From a virus (Duplodnaviria; Caudoviricetes): a stretch of DNA of 64,000 bases. The position numbers were made by a program, and so were the translations under genes. Where the stretch lies: positions 883-64,882 of the IMG/VR virus record IMGVR_UViG_3300022752_000002, one strand, 5' to 3'. Below, piece after piece: positions 1 through 10,309 of the stretch; the stretch's first letter is position 1, and each line of letters opens with the position of its first letter. The notes beneath the pieces are model-generated. The model saw only the letters and a program-made list of their open reading frames with translations. It did not search any database and had not been told where the DNA came from.

Positions 1-2425
1 CCTTCAAAACGCCGGCGGCCAGCTTCATTCCTATTGCATCGGAAACCGTATCGATGAATCCGCCAAGTCCGGCATACCTTAGGGCGGCAATATGGGCATC
101 GTGCTCGTCCAGCCGCTGGGGCTCTTCCTTTAGCTTTCCGGCATTGAATTCCGCCAGCTTTGCCTGATATGTCTGCTCCTGATCCTCTCGGGCCTCCGTG
201 TAGAGCCGACCGGCATTTGTGGCCATCCCAACCCCAATACCACCGCTCTTGAGGGCTATGTAGGGCAAGGCCGTCCAAGCATAATCTCCAACACCCTTCA
301 AAAATCCACCCCAAGTCCCTGACTCAAACTGAGGGTCGACAGGCATTGTGGATTTGATCGAGCCTATGTTGCTTTTGGCCGCTTGGGCGGACTCGTCCAT
401 CCAGTCGGCAATGTACTCAACAAATGGCTTAGCCGCTTTGGTTTGGTAGATTTTGTCTAAAATCTTTTGTCCCGCCGCATCAATGGCGATTCTGGCTGTG
501 CTTACGCCAAGATTCCCGTCCATGTTTGGAAGGACCCTCGAGATCCAGCCTGCGGGCCCCATCGCTTGAGATACATCATCCCCGCCAGAAGCCCTTGCCC
601 TAAGGCCGTTGGCTGACATTTGGAAAATTCCCGCCGCAGACTCCTGACTTGCCACAAGGGGAGCTCTCATAAATGAGGCAAGGGAATTCAGGAACCAGCC
701 CTGTTTTTTATTGTCTTTCTTGTAGGAGTTATAGGCCTTTAGGATCTGGTCGGCGTCCCGCTGGTCTCCACCATTGGCAACATACTCCTGCGCAAGCTTG
801 ACCATTCCAGCATCGTCTCCGGTTGATGCAATTTGTCCGGCCTTGGCAGACAGGGATTGGAAGTTGGATTGTTTCTTTAGATACTCATCACGGATAGAGG
901 ACGCGGCCCGCTCGGACTCAGCCTTGGCAAAGTTGTTTGCCTCTTGGGTTATTTCAAAACTTTTTTTTTGTAAATTATCGTTGAGGGCTTTTTCGCCCTC
1001 CTGAACGCTTTTGAATGTCTGGTCGATTGACTCTGATGCCTTTAAGGCGGCCGGCTCAAGAGTTTTGTATTCCTCTCCAAGCCTTTCAATCGCCTTCCGC
1101 CTCCCTTCAAACCTTGAGTTAAATTCCGTTTTTTCCTGCGGGGTCATTTCCGACCATCTGGCCGTTGCATCCTCAAGCTCCTTGTTTGAAATCTCTACAA
1201 GCTGACGGATGGTTTGCTTCCTTGCCGCCGCCGGCAAGATCGTCTTTCTCGCGTCATCATAAGCCTGCTGGGCTTTGACCGACATCTTGGAGAGCTCTGC
1301 CGTTGCGCTTGCCTTTTCCTGATCAATCCTTTGCGAGGCCCTTAGGTCTGCCCCGGCAGTCCTGAAGTAGGCGGCGGTCTGCTGTTGCGGGACATTTGGC
1401 GTTGCCCCTTCAACCATCATGGTTCCGCCACCGGTTGAAATGTCTTTTGCGGCACTTGCCATAAAGGCATCTTCTGGCGTCTCCCTGCCGAGGGTCTTAT
1501 AGGTTTCAGTCAGGCTCCTAACGATGGGGTCGTCCGCCGGTCTGCGTCCTTCTGAAAGAGCCCTTTCCTTTGCCTGCCGGAGAAGATCGATGGCAACGCT
1601 TTGCTTGTGAATTTGCTGAAGGGCAATCTGTTGCCGCCTGATATCGTTTCTTTGCTGTCCAAGCTCCAGCCTTCGCTGGGCTGACTCTTCGGGTGTTAGT
1701 TGTTTGCCGTCAAAAATGACTGGCTCTCCGGTGGTCTTTGAGGATGTCTCAAGGTCTCGAAGGTCATCCTCTTTTAGCTGAAGCTCTTGGGCCTGAGCCG
1801 CCAGCTCCGAGTTAAGCAAATCAAACGGCTTTTTGTTTTGCTCGGCCAGACCCTTTCTGGCGACATCACGAATACCCTGATCTTGGGCATTGGAAAACTG
1901 TTCATACCCGCCGAGATATTTGTATCCCTTGCTGTCGGCTTGTCTTGGGTCTTCGTACTCCTCGTAAATTCCGTCTTTTGAGAATCTTGGATCTAGGGAA
2001 TCGGACTGTTTCGCCACGATTCTGGACATTGGCTTTGAGGTTCTTCCAGTAAGGTTCCCGTACTTGTCAGTGGATACTTTCTCGTCAACAAGCTCTCCAG
2101 TCGGCAATCGACGCTGGGCAGTAAACTCTCCCGGTGTTCTTTCAATTCTCTGTGCTCCCTGCTCATCAAGTGTAATCTTGGGCTGGATTCCCTCGGTTGG
2201 GTCTGTGTATGTGGTTACGCCGGCGGCTTCAAAAACTTCTTTTTTCCCGCCCTCAAAAGCCTTTTGTGTCTGTTTTTCTTCCGAAACAAGATCCCTTTCA
2301 TCTTTTTTTTGCTGACCGAGAAAAGACCTTAGCCCGGATGGAGATCCTCCGGCAACTGGGGTAGGGCCCTCAAAGGCTTCGCCCTTATTGCGTGGGCTTC
2401 CGCCCGTAATTGAATCAAGGCCCAT
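1..2425 (-). CDS. Large internal virion (ejection) protein, partial; runs off the window start; missing from the ORF track
   Basis: ATG at 2425 just after the stop of the 434-aa ORF. Manual translation (MGLDSITGGSPRNKGEAF...SDAIGMKLAAGVLK) is open for about 808 codons. Helical, Ala/Gln/Glu-rich, with Gly/Ala hydrophobic stretches. Confidence 0.7.
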   Translation of the reverse strand, partial: MGLDSITGGSPRNKGEAFEGPTPVAGGSPSGLRSFLGQQKKDERDLVSEEKQTQKAFEGGKKEVFEAAGVTTYTDPTEGIQPKITLDEQGAQRIERTPGEFTAQRRLPTGELVDEKVSTDKYGNLTGRTSKPMSRIVAKQSDSLDPRFSKDGIYEEYEDPRQADSKGYKYLGGYEQFSNAQDQGIRDVARKGLAEQNKKPFDLLNSELAAQAQELQLKEDDLRDLETSSKTTGEPVIFDGKQLTPEESAQRRLELGQQRNDIRRQQIALQQIHKQSVAIDLLRQAKERALSEGRRPADDPIVRSLTETYKTLGRETPEDAFMASAAKDISTGGGTMMVEGATPNVPQQQTAAYFRTAGADLRASQRIDQEKASATAELSKMSVKAQQAYDDARKTILPAAARKQTIRQLVEISNKELEDATARWSEMTPQEKTEFNSRFEGRRKAIERLGEEYKTLEPAALKASESIDQTFKSVQEGEKALNDNLQKKSFEITQEANNFAKAESERAASSIRDEYLKKQSNFQSLSAKAGQIASTGDDAGMVKLAQEYVANGGDQRDADQILKAYNSYKKDNKKQGWFLNSLASFMRAPLVASQESAAGIFQMSANGLRARASGGDDVSQAMGPAGWISRVLPNMDGNLGVSTARIAIDAAGQKILDKIYQTKAAKPFVEYIADWMDESAQAAKSNIGSIKSTMPVDPQFESGTWGGFLKGVGDYAWTALPYIALKSGGIGVGMATNAGRLYTEAREDQEQTYQAKLAEFNAGKLKEEPQRLDEHDAHIAALRYAGLGGFIDTVSDAIGMKLAAGVLK

Positions 2426-2426
2426 G

Positions 2427-3731
2427 TTAGATAGGGAGAGTCTTGCTGTTGGATCTGGCTATTTCCTTTTGCTTCTTCTTCATCTCATCGCCCTGCGGAC
2501 CCATAAAAATCGGCTGGCCTTGACCCGAAGGAAGCAAATCATTCATGGTAAAATTTGTTTGCCCTGACTGAGTTGTTTGCATTCCTCTGGATTGATCTCC
2601 TGAATAGTTTGAGCCTGCAGAAAACTTGCCTGTGTCTGCATCAAGTTGTTGGCGGTTGCGCCCAGTCATTCCGTCCTTGTTTTCGGAAACCAAGGTTCCT
2701 CCCGGACCTGATCCACCTCCAAACGCATAATTCGCCCGCATATCCTCTGCGCTTGCCTTGTAGTTTTGCGGTGATGCCGAGAAGTTGTTGTACTGATTAA
2801 AGTTGGAGCCGACATTCCTGTTGAATGCATCGGCTTTGTTTTGATCTGCTGACGGAAGTCCGGCAAAGTACGTGCTGCCGTCCGGACGCTGCATTTGATT
2901 TCCAATCATTTCCTTGCCGCCCTTGGATGTGTAGGCCTGCCGGCTAACTACCCTGTCCCCTCCATAACGCGATCTGTCCTGAACCTCTCCAGTCCTTTGC
3001 GCGATTTCCGTGTCTCTTGCTTCTGTTTTGTACCCATCAAACCTTTTCGGCAATGTCTGGACTGCAATTCTTGGTCCTTTGGTTGATTCTACTGTTGGCG
3101 GTTTCCCATTCCCGGGTGAGGTTGGGGCCGCCGGTGATGTTGGGTCATTTATGGGCTTGGGGAGGGATTCGGATGGATTCGCGGCCGGAACCTCCTGAGT
3201 TCCAATGTTTTTCCCTTCCGTTTTTTGCTCCGAGCCCGACCCGTATGCCGACTCAGCTACTGTTTTTGCCTCTCCCGAGGCTCTCATGCCGGCTCCAGCA
3301 TCGCGATAGCGCGTGCTTCGTTGGCCACCACCAATAAGCTCTTCTGATTGGCCATCAGCCAAAGAAGCTGTTTTTGATGTTCCTCTCATTCCGTCTCCCG
3401 GGAGCTGAATGCCGGCAGCTCTTGCGGAAGCGTAAGCTGGATCAAGCTTCATTCTTGCCACTGCGTTTGGCCCTCTTCCGTATGCCTCGTAAATACCCTT
3501 AAGCCTAGCCTCGGCCATTTTTCCAATAAGAGTGTCACCCTCGGGAGTTGGATAAATTCCCGGACCGGAGTATCCAAAAGGCGACTGGCTTTCGCCGGAT
3601 TCCATAACATCCATTTTTGACGGACCCTTAAACTCGGGATTTTCTAATTTGAGCAGCTTTTTCTCGGCCATAAGAAACAAGTTTCCATCTGCGCCCGCAT
3701 CCGCAATTAATTGTCGCCCAACGCGACGCAC
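2427..3731 (-). CDS. Putative internal virion protein (Gly/Ser/Gln-rich)
   Basis: 434-aa low-complexity ORF between TerL and the large virion protein; function inferred from context. Confidence 0.45.
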   Translation of the reverse strand: MRRVGRQLIADAGADGNLFLMAEKKLLKLENPEFKGPSKMDVMESGESQSPFGYSGPGIYPTPEGDTLIGKMAEARLKGIYEAYGRGPNAVARMKLDPAYASARAAGIQLPGDGMRGTSKTASLADGQSEELIGGGQRSTRYRDAGAGMRASGEAKTVAESAYGSGSEQKTEGKNIGTQEVPAANPSESLPKPINDPTSPAAPTSPGNGKPPTVESTKGPRIAVQTLPKRFDGYKTEARDTEIAQRTGEVQDRSRYGGDRVVSRQAYTSKGGKEMIGNQMQRPDGSTYFAGLPSADQNKADAFNRNVGSNFNQYNNFSASPQNYKASAEDMRANYAFGGGSGPGGTLVSENKDGMTGRNRQQLDADTGKFSAGSNYSGDQSRGMQTTQSGQTNFTMNDLLPSGQGQPIFMGPQGDEMKKKQKEIARSNSKTLPI

Positions 3732-3734
3732 AGG

Positions 3735-5471
3735 TTAGCTAAAACTGCTGACGGCCGTCCTTCTTGATAAAAATATCTCTTTAAGATCCCTTGGCATTTC
3801 GCGGATTGCTTTTGGGGTTATGTATCTTGTTGCCCCCATAAGAGTTGCATTGCCAATTGCCAAGGCCAGCACGTCATCGTCGTGTTTGCCCGAGGATGCC
3901 TCAGGTCTTCCGCTTTCCGAAACAACAAAACTCCTTAGTTGGTCTAAAATGTTTTTGCACATTACAAAAATACCGCTGTCTTTTTCGTTATGATCTCTTA
4001 TCTGTGAGGCGAGTTCCTCTATAATCATGCGCCTTGTTTTGTCGGTAGTTTGCCAGCCTAGGGCTTTTGATCTTTTTGATTCTCGAAGGTTAAATATTTC
4101 CCGCTGGTAAATGTTGGCTCCGTCTTCTTTTAGCAATTCAATTAAGGCGAGCCCGGGTCCGTTGACTTCAGGAACAATAAGGCATCCGCCGTAAAACATG
4201 GAGAGCCGCCCGACAAAGTCGGCTAGTACATCAATATCGACGCGGCACGGCGGCCTTACCCGGGCGACAACCCTTGGCTTTTGGTATGCCCCGGAGGCAT
4301 CGTGGAAGCCGGCTTTCATAACAAGAACAGAATGAGCATCCGGATCCCTTCCTGATGTTTGCGAACTTCCTGTCATGCAGTCAACGGACACGAGATAGCA
4401 CCCGTTCTCTTGGGGCATTTCCCAAAGCCAAACCCAAGATTCTTGCGGATCGGTTACCCTGAATATTGGGCGAGTCATCTGGCTTGGCACATCGATTACA
4501 CCATAAGCAGGTTCCTTGAGGGCTTTCTCCTGAAAGGCAAGCCCATCAGAGTCAAACCTAGGCCTGCCGGATGTAAGGAAACAGGAGACTGGGTCTGATG
4601 GATACTCTTGGTCAAACTGCTTGCTGTCTCCTCCGCACTTTAGTTTTACAACAGACCTTCGCCAAGCAATCTGCTCGTCGTTCAATTCAAATTTTTCCTT
4701 TAAATCCTGTTCGCGGAAAGTAGGCGTAATATTGTCGGCGGGAGCTTTGTTCTCCTCAAAATCATGCCACGCGGCAAAAACGCGTATGTATCCGTTTCCG
4801 TAAATACCTTTTTTAAAGTCCTCAAAATCAACGGCAGACTGCCAAGTGTTATAGAAAGCGCCGCCAGCCCCATTTGGGGTAGACTCTTCAATGACAATCG
4901 TGTTTGGAGAGGAGGGGACGCAATTGCGGATAGCCAAAAGAACTTTCTCGCCCGATCTTTCTCCTGATCTTCGGTAGTGGGCAACCTCTGAGCAAAGGAG
5001 GGCCTGCAGGGTCATAGACCGGCCTGCGCCGGGGTCATTGGCTGTTTCCTTCACAAGCCGGCTTCCGTGGCTAAATTCTCCTCTACTTGATGCGTATGTA
5101 TGACCCCAGTCCATGGCGTCATTTTCAATGTAACGGTTAACCATATTTAATAGGTTTTGCGACGTGTCTAGCTCGTCGCCAAGCAGGCAGGCGGTTGTAT
5201 TTGGGTTAACGCGAAGGAAATGCGTAATAATGGCAGAGGTGATTGTGGATGAGCCCATCTGCCTAGGCTTCAGAACAACCAATCGAACCGGGTGCATATT
5301 CTTTTGCAGCCACTTTACAATTTCGGAAACTCTTTTCTGAAGGTAATTTGCCCTTGGCGGAATGAGCTTTGCATCCTTATTAAGGATTTTGGTGCAGGTC
5401 TCCCACCAAGCCAAAAAATCGCGCTTGGCAACAGCCTGAATTGCCTCGAGCGTCAGCTCTTTTTGCGCCAT
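3735..5471 (-). CDS. terL: Terminase large subunit
   Basis: VVLKPRQMGSST Walker A region, LLCSEVAH Walker B, IEESTPNG coupling motif, nuclease motifs VSVD and HDDDVLALAI. Confidence 0.93.
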   Translation of the reverse strand: MAQKELTLEAIQAVAKRDFLAWWETCTKILNKDAKLIPPRANYLQKRVSEIVKWLQKNMHPVRLVVLKPRQMGSSTITSAIITHFLRVNPNTTACLLGDELDTSQNLLNMVNRYIENDAMDWGHTYASSRGEFSHGSRLVKETANDPGAGRSMTLQALLCSEVAHYRRSGERSGEKVLLAIRNCVPSSPNTIVIEESTPNGAGGAFYNTWQSAVDFEDFKKGIYGNGYIRVFAAWHDFEENKAPADNITPTFREQDLKEKFELNDEQIAWRRSVVKLKCGGDSKQFDQEYPSDPVSCFLTSGRPRFDSDGLAFQEKALKEPAYGVIDVPSQMTRPIFRVTDPQESWVWLWEMPQENGCYLVSVDCMTGSSQTSGRDPDAHSVLVMKAGFHDASGAYQKPRVVARVRPPCRVDIDVLADFVGRLSMFYGGCLIVPEVNGPGLALIELLKEDGANIYQREIFNLRESKRSKALGWQTTDKTRRMIIEELASQIRDHNEKDSGIFVMCKNILDQLRSFVVSESGRPEASSGKHDDDVLALAIGNATLMGATRYITPKAIREMPRDLKEIFLSRRTAVSSFS

Positions 5472-5558
5472 TTTTTAGGGTCCACAGGCATTCCATAGGG
5501 GGCGGTTTTCCAAATTCCAAATTTGGACAGCCTGCGTTTTTCTGAAAGGCTTTTAGGT

Positions 5559-5753
5559 TTATTTTTTCTCATGCTTCCACCAGTCGGCGGAGTCAATCTT
5601 CCGCCGAAACCTTATCCTAATTGCGTCATGCACATCAGATAGCTCGGTTGTAAGAGCAAGCTTTGCCTCGCCGTTCTCCTCCCACAACCGCAAAAAACCC
5701 TCGTCCCACAAATACTGGAGGGCTTTTATGCAACAATCCTCTCGGTGGCTCAT
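5559..5753 (-). CDS. Hypothetical protein
   Basis: 64-aa ORF in operon position between tail fibre and TerL. Confidence 0.5.
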   Translation of the reverse strand: MSHREDCCIKALQYLWDEGFLRLWEENGEAKLALTTELSDVHDAIRIRFRRKIDSADWWKHEKK

Positions 5754-5762
5754 GTCGGCACA

Positions 5763-7613
5763 TTAACCAATCAACAATTGAAGCCTATCCCCGGCAGTTC
5801 CAAAGACATTGATTTGCCCAGACGGGGCAAAATTTTCATTAAAAACAAGTCTTTCGTTTGCCTGCAGCCGATAGCCTGATGAAGTTGCGGTTGTTTGAAA
5901 ATTTACATACATAACATTTGAAGATGCGTTTTTTAATTCAACATAATATTTTCTTCCCGTTATTGTAAAGGCGAGTTCGTTTGTATTTGTGGAGCCAATT
6001 GTGTAGGCAGAAAGAACTGGAACACCCTGAAATGGGTTTCTTTGGTCTAGTTTAATAACAAATAAATTTGCTAAATACTTCAACAAAGATATAACTGAAA
6101 AATTTCCAGCAAAACCTCCTGCATTCGCATCGCTTGTCGAGCCAAGCGTAGCATTGGAAACAGGTTGAGTAACGGAAGAGCCGTCAACTTTTATTGGGAT
6201 TGAGTTTGCCCCGGTATTCGCAAGCGAGACTGGCTGGGTAACGCCGCTACCATCCACAAGTAGGCGACTGGATGTTACGGTAAGATTGGCTGGAACAAGC
6301 GAAGTAATCCTAGAAAGAAGACGCTTGAATAAAGCTATTAAACTCCCAGAAGAATCCGTGCTTGCGGTTCCTTCATTTAAGTCTCCCACGGATCTTGCTA
6401 TGTGCATGTCGGATGGCAGCATGTTGGCGTTCAAGTTAATAGCAGTTATGAATGACCCTGACGTTGGGGTGACAGACACCGAGCCGCTGACTGGCTGAGT
6501 TACCCCAGAGCCATCAACTGGCACCCTATTCCCGGCCGTAAGCGATGGGATTTTCCCAAGAAGTCTTTTAAACAAGGATATCAGCGAAAATGTCCCAGTA
6601 TCGGTTGTGGCGGAGGCATCAGCCTGTGCGCCCAAGTCCGTGTCAATATTGGCTAGGCTGGTATTGGCGGTTGTCTGATTGGCAGAGGTGGCCGCACCAG
6701 ATGGAAGCGGTAGGGATGATGCGCTTATCGGCTGAGTAACTCCCGACCCATCCACCAGCAGGCGACTGGATGTTACGGTAAGATTGGCTGGAACAAGCGA
6801 AGTAACCCGTGAGAGAAGCCGCTTGAACAATGAAATCAGCGAGAATGTTCCAGTATCAGATGATGCAGCCGATTCCGCCTTATTGCCCACCGCATTTTTT
6901 GTTTCAATAGCTATATTTACAGAATAAGGGGGATTGTCATAATCCACCTCAGGTGCCCTGTAAACCTTGAAAGCTATGTCTTGGGTCGACAAAATTCCTT
7001 CTGCACTTACATTTCCTTGTTCATTTACCTTTTCAATAATAATTCGTGTCGTTCTCGGCGGTAAAAACAAGGGCGCGAATTGTTCTTTCAACAAAAATGC
7101 GGGTGTGGTTCCATCTGCCAGTTTTGCAGAAATCGTACTAAGGACACTCCAGCCTCCGCTAATCTTTAAGCGCACCAACCCAGATAATGACCCAAATGGA
7201 ATGTATGGGATAACGACAATAGCCCCGACTAGGTTTTCAGGGTCATCTGCAAGATTAAAGTGCGCTAATGTAGTAATTTGCGAATTGCCTAAGTCATTTG
7301 CTGTGGCTATTACTTCAGTTAAATATTTTAAACTCCCTGTCTGGGCGGAAAGCTGGTCATCGTAATAAATGGTTAACTTGTCGGAATCGGAATGCCCCGC
7401 GGTGCTGACATCGGTAAGAATAATCGTGGTGTTATTTACATTTTGGCTCTCTGTGACTACCGCACGATTGGTGGGTGAGGCAAAATTGTAGTAAATCACT
7501 CCACGGGTTGCGTTGGTTATAAGGAGCAGCTGGTTTTGGGCTATTCTTAGCCCAAACAGCGTTATCGTCTTGGTGGATGCTTGGAATGTGTAGTTTGCGT
7601 GTATTTGTTTCAT
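5763..7613 (-). CDS. Tail fibre-like protein with internal repeats
   Basis: Repeated FSLISLFKRLL and VDGSGVTQPVS units; Ser/Thr-rich. Confidence 0.65.
   Translation of the reverse strand: MKQIHANYTFQASTKTITLFGLRIAQNQLLLITNATRGVIYYNFASPTNRAVVTESQNVNNTTIILTDVSTAGHSDSDKLTIYYDDQLSAQTGSLKYLTEVIATANDLGNSQITTLAHFNLADDPENLVGAIVVIPYIPFGSLSGLVRLKISGGWSVLSTISAKLADGTTPAFLLKEQFAPLFLPPRTTRIIIEKVNEQGNVSAEGILSTQDIAFKVYRAPEVDYDNPPYSVNIAIETKNAVGNKAESAASSDTGTFSLISLFKRLLSRVTSLVPANLTVTSSRLLVDGSGVTQPISASSLPLPSGAATSANQTTANTSLANIDTDLGAQADASATTDTGTFSLISLFKRLLGKIPSLTAGNRVPVDGSGVTQPVSGSVSVTPTSGSFITAINLNANMLPSDMHIARSVGDLNEGTASTDSSGSLIALFKRLLSRITSLVPANLTVTSSRLLVDGSGVTQPVSLANTGANSIPIKVDGSSVTQPVSNATLGSTSDANAGGFAGNFSVISLLKYLANLFVIKLDQRNPFQGVPVLSAYTIGSTNTNELAFTITGRKYYVELKNASSNVMYVNFQTTATSSGYRLQANERLVFNENFAPSGQINVFGTAGDRLQLLIG
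6262..6805. repeat. Exact 46-bp direct repeat (6262-6307 and 6760-6805) inside the tail fibre gene
   Basis: aggcgactggatgttacggtaagattggctggaacaagcgaagtaa occurs twice. Confidence 0.9.
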
Positions 7614-7617
7614 GATT

Positions 7618-8649
7618 TTATCCTAGTGCGATTGCAAATGCGATGGCCTCCGATTCCAGAGCGTTGGCGTCGGGAAGTTGGCTCAAGGCAATTTTCCCGT
7701 CCGCGCCTAGCCCAGCGTAGCCGTTGGCGGCGTTTTTGCTTGATGTTAGCTCGTAGCTCCCGGCCGGCTGTGCGCCGATGTCAGAGGGGGCCAAGGCATC
7801 CGCCCCTCCGGTTGCATGAGAAGATTTGTGTGCAGTTGGAGTTCTGTTATCGGAAAGTCTTGCGTCATTGCTTGCGCAAGCCCCAACATCCGAAGCAGTA
7901 AGCGTGACTGCACCAGTTTTTGTGTTTATTGATGTTACTTCGCTGGGGCTAATTTCAATGTAAGCAGAACCAGACCAGCGGAATGTTTTATTTGTCGCAA
8001 TGGACACATAAATTTTTCCAGCCTCGCCAGTTGCCGGGAAAGCTGAGTTATTTGCATACTCCAACACATCATCGACAAAACTTGGAAGTTGGTCAGACGG
8101 GACTTTCCCGCTCACCAAAGTTGCGTAGGTTCCTGATGCTTGCTTTCCATCCAAGGCCGACTGAAGGTTTGTTACGTCTGATATTGCGTGAGAATGAGCA
8201 GTCGGAGTTCGTGCGTCTGAAAGTCTGGGATCGCTCGTAACGACTGCTGTTCCGGTGATTGCTGAGGGAGAGATGCCACTTGCGGGAGCGTAGTTACCAG
8301 AGGGTTGCTTTCCGTCTAAAGCATTCTGCAAGTTTGTTACATCAGAAATAGGATGGCTGTGTGCCGTTGGGTTCCGCGAGTCTGAAAGTCTTGAATCATT
8401 TGTGTAAACAAGATTTGCCGTGTTGCTAATGCCATGGGGATTTGTCAGGGCATTGTGGGCAGATACGGCGGCCGCAACCTCGGCATCGAGCGAGGCTTGG
8501 TCGGGAAGGTTTGCTACGGGTACTTTTGCGTTTGCGTCTAGTGGTGCGTAGCCGTTTGCCAGCCCTTTGTTAATCTTGTCTTCTTTTAGGGAAATCAAGC
8601 CCTCGCCTATTGGATCAAGGCTTTCCCCTGCGTAGGGAATCGACGCCAT
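7618..8649 (-). CDS. Tail fibre protein with phage tail repeats
   Basis: HSH(P/A)ISDVTNLQxALDGKQ twice, D(S/P/A)RLSDxRxPTAH three times, LPSFVDDVLEY, NGYAxLxAxxK at both ends. Confidence 0.75.
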   Translation of the reverse strand: MASIPYAGESLDPIGEGLISLKEDKINKGLANGYAPLDANAKVPVANLPDQASLDAEVAAAVSAHNALTNPHGISNTANLVYTNDSRLSDSRNPTAHSHPISDVTNLQNALDGKQPSGNYAPASGISPSAITGTAVVTSDPRLSDARTPTAHSHAISDVTNLQSALDGKQASGTYATLVSGKVPSDQLPSFVDDVLEYANNSAFPATGEAGKIYVSIATNKTFRWSGSAYIEISPSEVTSINTKTGAVTLTASDVGACASNDARLSDNRTPTAHKSSHATGGADALAPSDIGAQPAGSYELTSSKNAANGYAGLGADGKIALSQLPDANALESEAIAFAIALG

Positions 8650-8651
8650 AA

Positions 8652-9053
8652 CTATTCCTCGTAAGCCTTGCGCGGGCTAATTTTGGGTGGCTTGTCAGCC
8701 ATTTTTGGCTTTTTGCGGTATTCGATTGCTTGCTCTGTGTCCTTGCGATCCTTGTAGGCTTTTCTTACTGCCGCCCCTGCGGCTGCAGTTGCTCCGGCAA
8801 CAACGCCTGCCCGAAGGGCTGGGCCAATAGACTTGTCGTTGTCGCTGACATTTCGAATGGAGTTTTTAAGGCCGCTGGAAAAACTTTCTTTGTATTCCGA
8901 TTCCAAATTTCTCAGGTTTGACCTTAAATCCCTTTCCCAGTGCTGTCCGCCAGATGGCCCTCTGTATGAGTCGGCCATTCCGCCGCCACCCATGGATGTT
9001 TTCTGGGGAAGGTTTTCCATCATATCTCCCTTGCTGAATACTTTATTTGGCAT
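8652..9053 (-). CDS. Hypothetical protein
   Basis: 133-aa ORF abutting neighbours. Confidence 0.55.
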   Translation of the reverse strand: MPNKVFSKGDMMENLPQKTSMGGGGMADSYRGPSGGQHWERDLRSNLRNLESEYKESFSSGLKNSIRNVSDNDKSIGPALRAGVVAGATAAAGAAVRKAYKDRKDTEQAIEYRKKPKMADKPPKISPRKAYEE

Positions 9054-9330
9054 TTTGATCCTTTCCGTTTTCCGCTGATCTCCACCAAGGATGATTTAGG
9101 TAGGATTTCCTAGCGGCCTCCGTCATTTCCTTTTTCTTTTGTTTTTTAACTGCATCGACATATTCCTTGCCGTATGCGTGTTCGCGAAAGCTGGGATCGT
9201 CCTGCGCCGACGTAAGGTCAATTTCGGCCTCCTTGGGGTTGTTTTTTGCCCACTTGTCGTAAGCCTCCCAAGAGCGGTCTTCGGATTTCTTTGAAATCGT
9301 AGGGCCGGCGTATTTGTTGGTGTTCGGCAT
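9043..9330 (-). CDS. Hypothetical protein
   Basis: 95-aa ORF overlapping the downstream start. Confidence 0.55.
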   Translation of the reverse strand: MPNTNKYAGPTISKKSEDRSWEAYDKWAKNNPKEAEIDLTSAQDDPSFREHAYGKEYVDAVKKQKKKEMTEAARKSYLNHPWWRSAENGKDQNAK

Positions 9331-9492
9331 GCATACAGGGTGGCTTACCCCGCTGTGTCCGCAAATATTTTGTCTGCTATGCGTCGCTGTCCGGCATGCG
9401 GACGGTCAGACCGCCCTCATCATCCAAATCAACAATTTTAATTTTTGCGCTGTCCGGGATTCCGGTCACCAGCTTCATCTCGATTTCGCAGC

Positions 9493-9654
9493 TCATTGGG
9501 ATACCGCCGTTGATTGGGTTCCCCAGCATCGCCCGGATGAGTCCGTATAGTATACCAAGTAATCTCCGTCATCCTCTTCGCATCCCGTCCATTTTTCCGG
9601 CGGAATGATTTCTCCGGTTTCAATAATGATCGGCTTATTGTCGTCCAGCGTCAT
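9493..9654 (-). CDS. Small hypothetical protein
   Basis: MTLDDNKPIII start overlaps the upstream stop (ATGA). Confidence 0.4.
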   Translation of the reverse strand: MTLDDNKPIIIETGEIIPPEKWTGCEEDDGDYLVYYTDSSGRCWGTQSTAVSQ

Positions 9655-9875
9655 GGATAGTGCGGGGCAGGGGGTTCTGGAAATTTTGTAAGCCCATAGG
9701 TTGCGTTTTCGCATCTCCTGCAATCTTTGATATCAAAATCAAGAATATCACCCGACTGCAAAAGGACAGTGAAGACCTTGTTGTGGTCGAGCCCGTAGTC
9801 GGAAACAATGAAGGCCAGTCCCTCGCCTTTGGGTGTCATAACCCACATCTCGGGCTGAAGTTGCATCATCATCAT
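9651..9875 (-). CDS. Conserved-looking phage hypothetical protein
   Basis: MMMMQLQPEMWVMTPKGEGLAFIVSDYG; ATGA-coupled. Confidence 0.55.
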   Translation of the reverse strand: MMMMQLQPEMWVMTPKGEGLAFIVSDYGLDHNKVFTVLLQSGDILDFDIKDCRRCENATYGLTKFPEPPAPHYP

Positions 9876-10309
9876 ACAAGAATTCCCTCGCCCAATGCGT
9901 TTGTCCAAGCATCGTGGATTTTGATAAACTCATCCCACTCGGGCTTTCTTTTCCCAATCTCAAACAAGAGTTTGGCAACGCACTTTCCTTGACATGCGTC
10001 CTCGTTGATATTCGCCTTCGGCGTGACTCTGGCTGTGAAAACACCGCGCCCGGCATGAAGAAGTTCATAATTTCGGTCAGAGCCGCCCTTGGAAACCTTG
10101 GCCAGATTTTCCATAAAACTCCCTCCAACGATTCCCGTGTAAAACACCCTGAATCCGTTGAGGGTCTTGTAGGCTCGGTGAGGTTCGTTGAGGCTGGGCA
10201 GTCCAAAGTCAAAATCGCCAACCGGATGAATTTTGGATGCGATCACAAGAACTTTCCCGCCTGAATTACGGATTGACCATTCCATCGCCTTTTCTTCCAA
10301 ATTTCTCAT
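9872..10309 (-). CDS. Hypothetical protein, weak AEP/primase-like motifs
   Basis: VGDFD, RAYKTLNGFRVF, ARVTPK; start uncertain. Confidence 0.35.
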   Translation of the reverse strand: MRNLEEKAMEWSIRNSGGKVLVIASKIHPVGDFDFGLPSLNEPHRAYKTLNGFRVFYTGIVGGSFMENLAKVSKGGSDRNYELLHAGRGVFTARVTPKANINEDACQGKCVAKLLFEIGKRKPEWDEFIKIHDAWTNALGEGILV

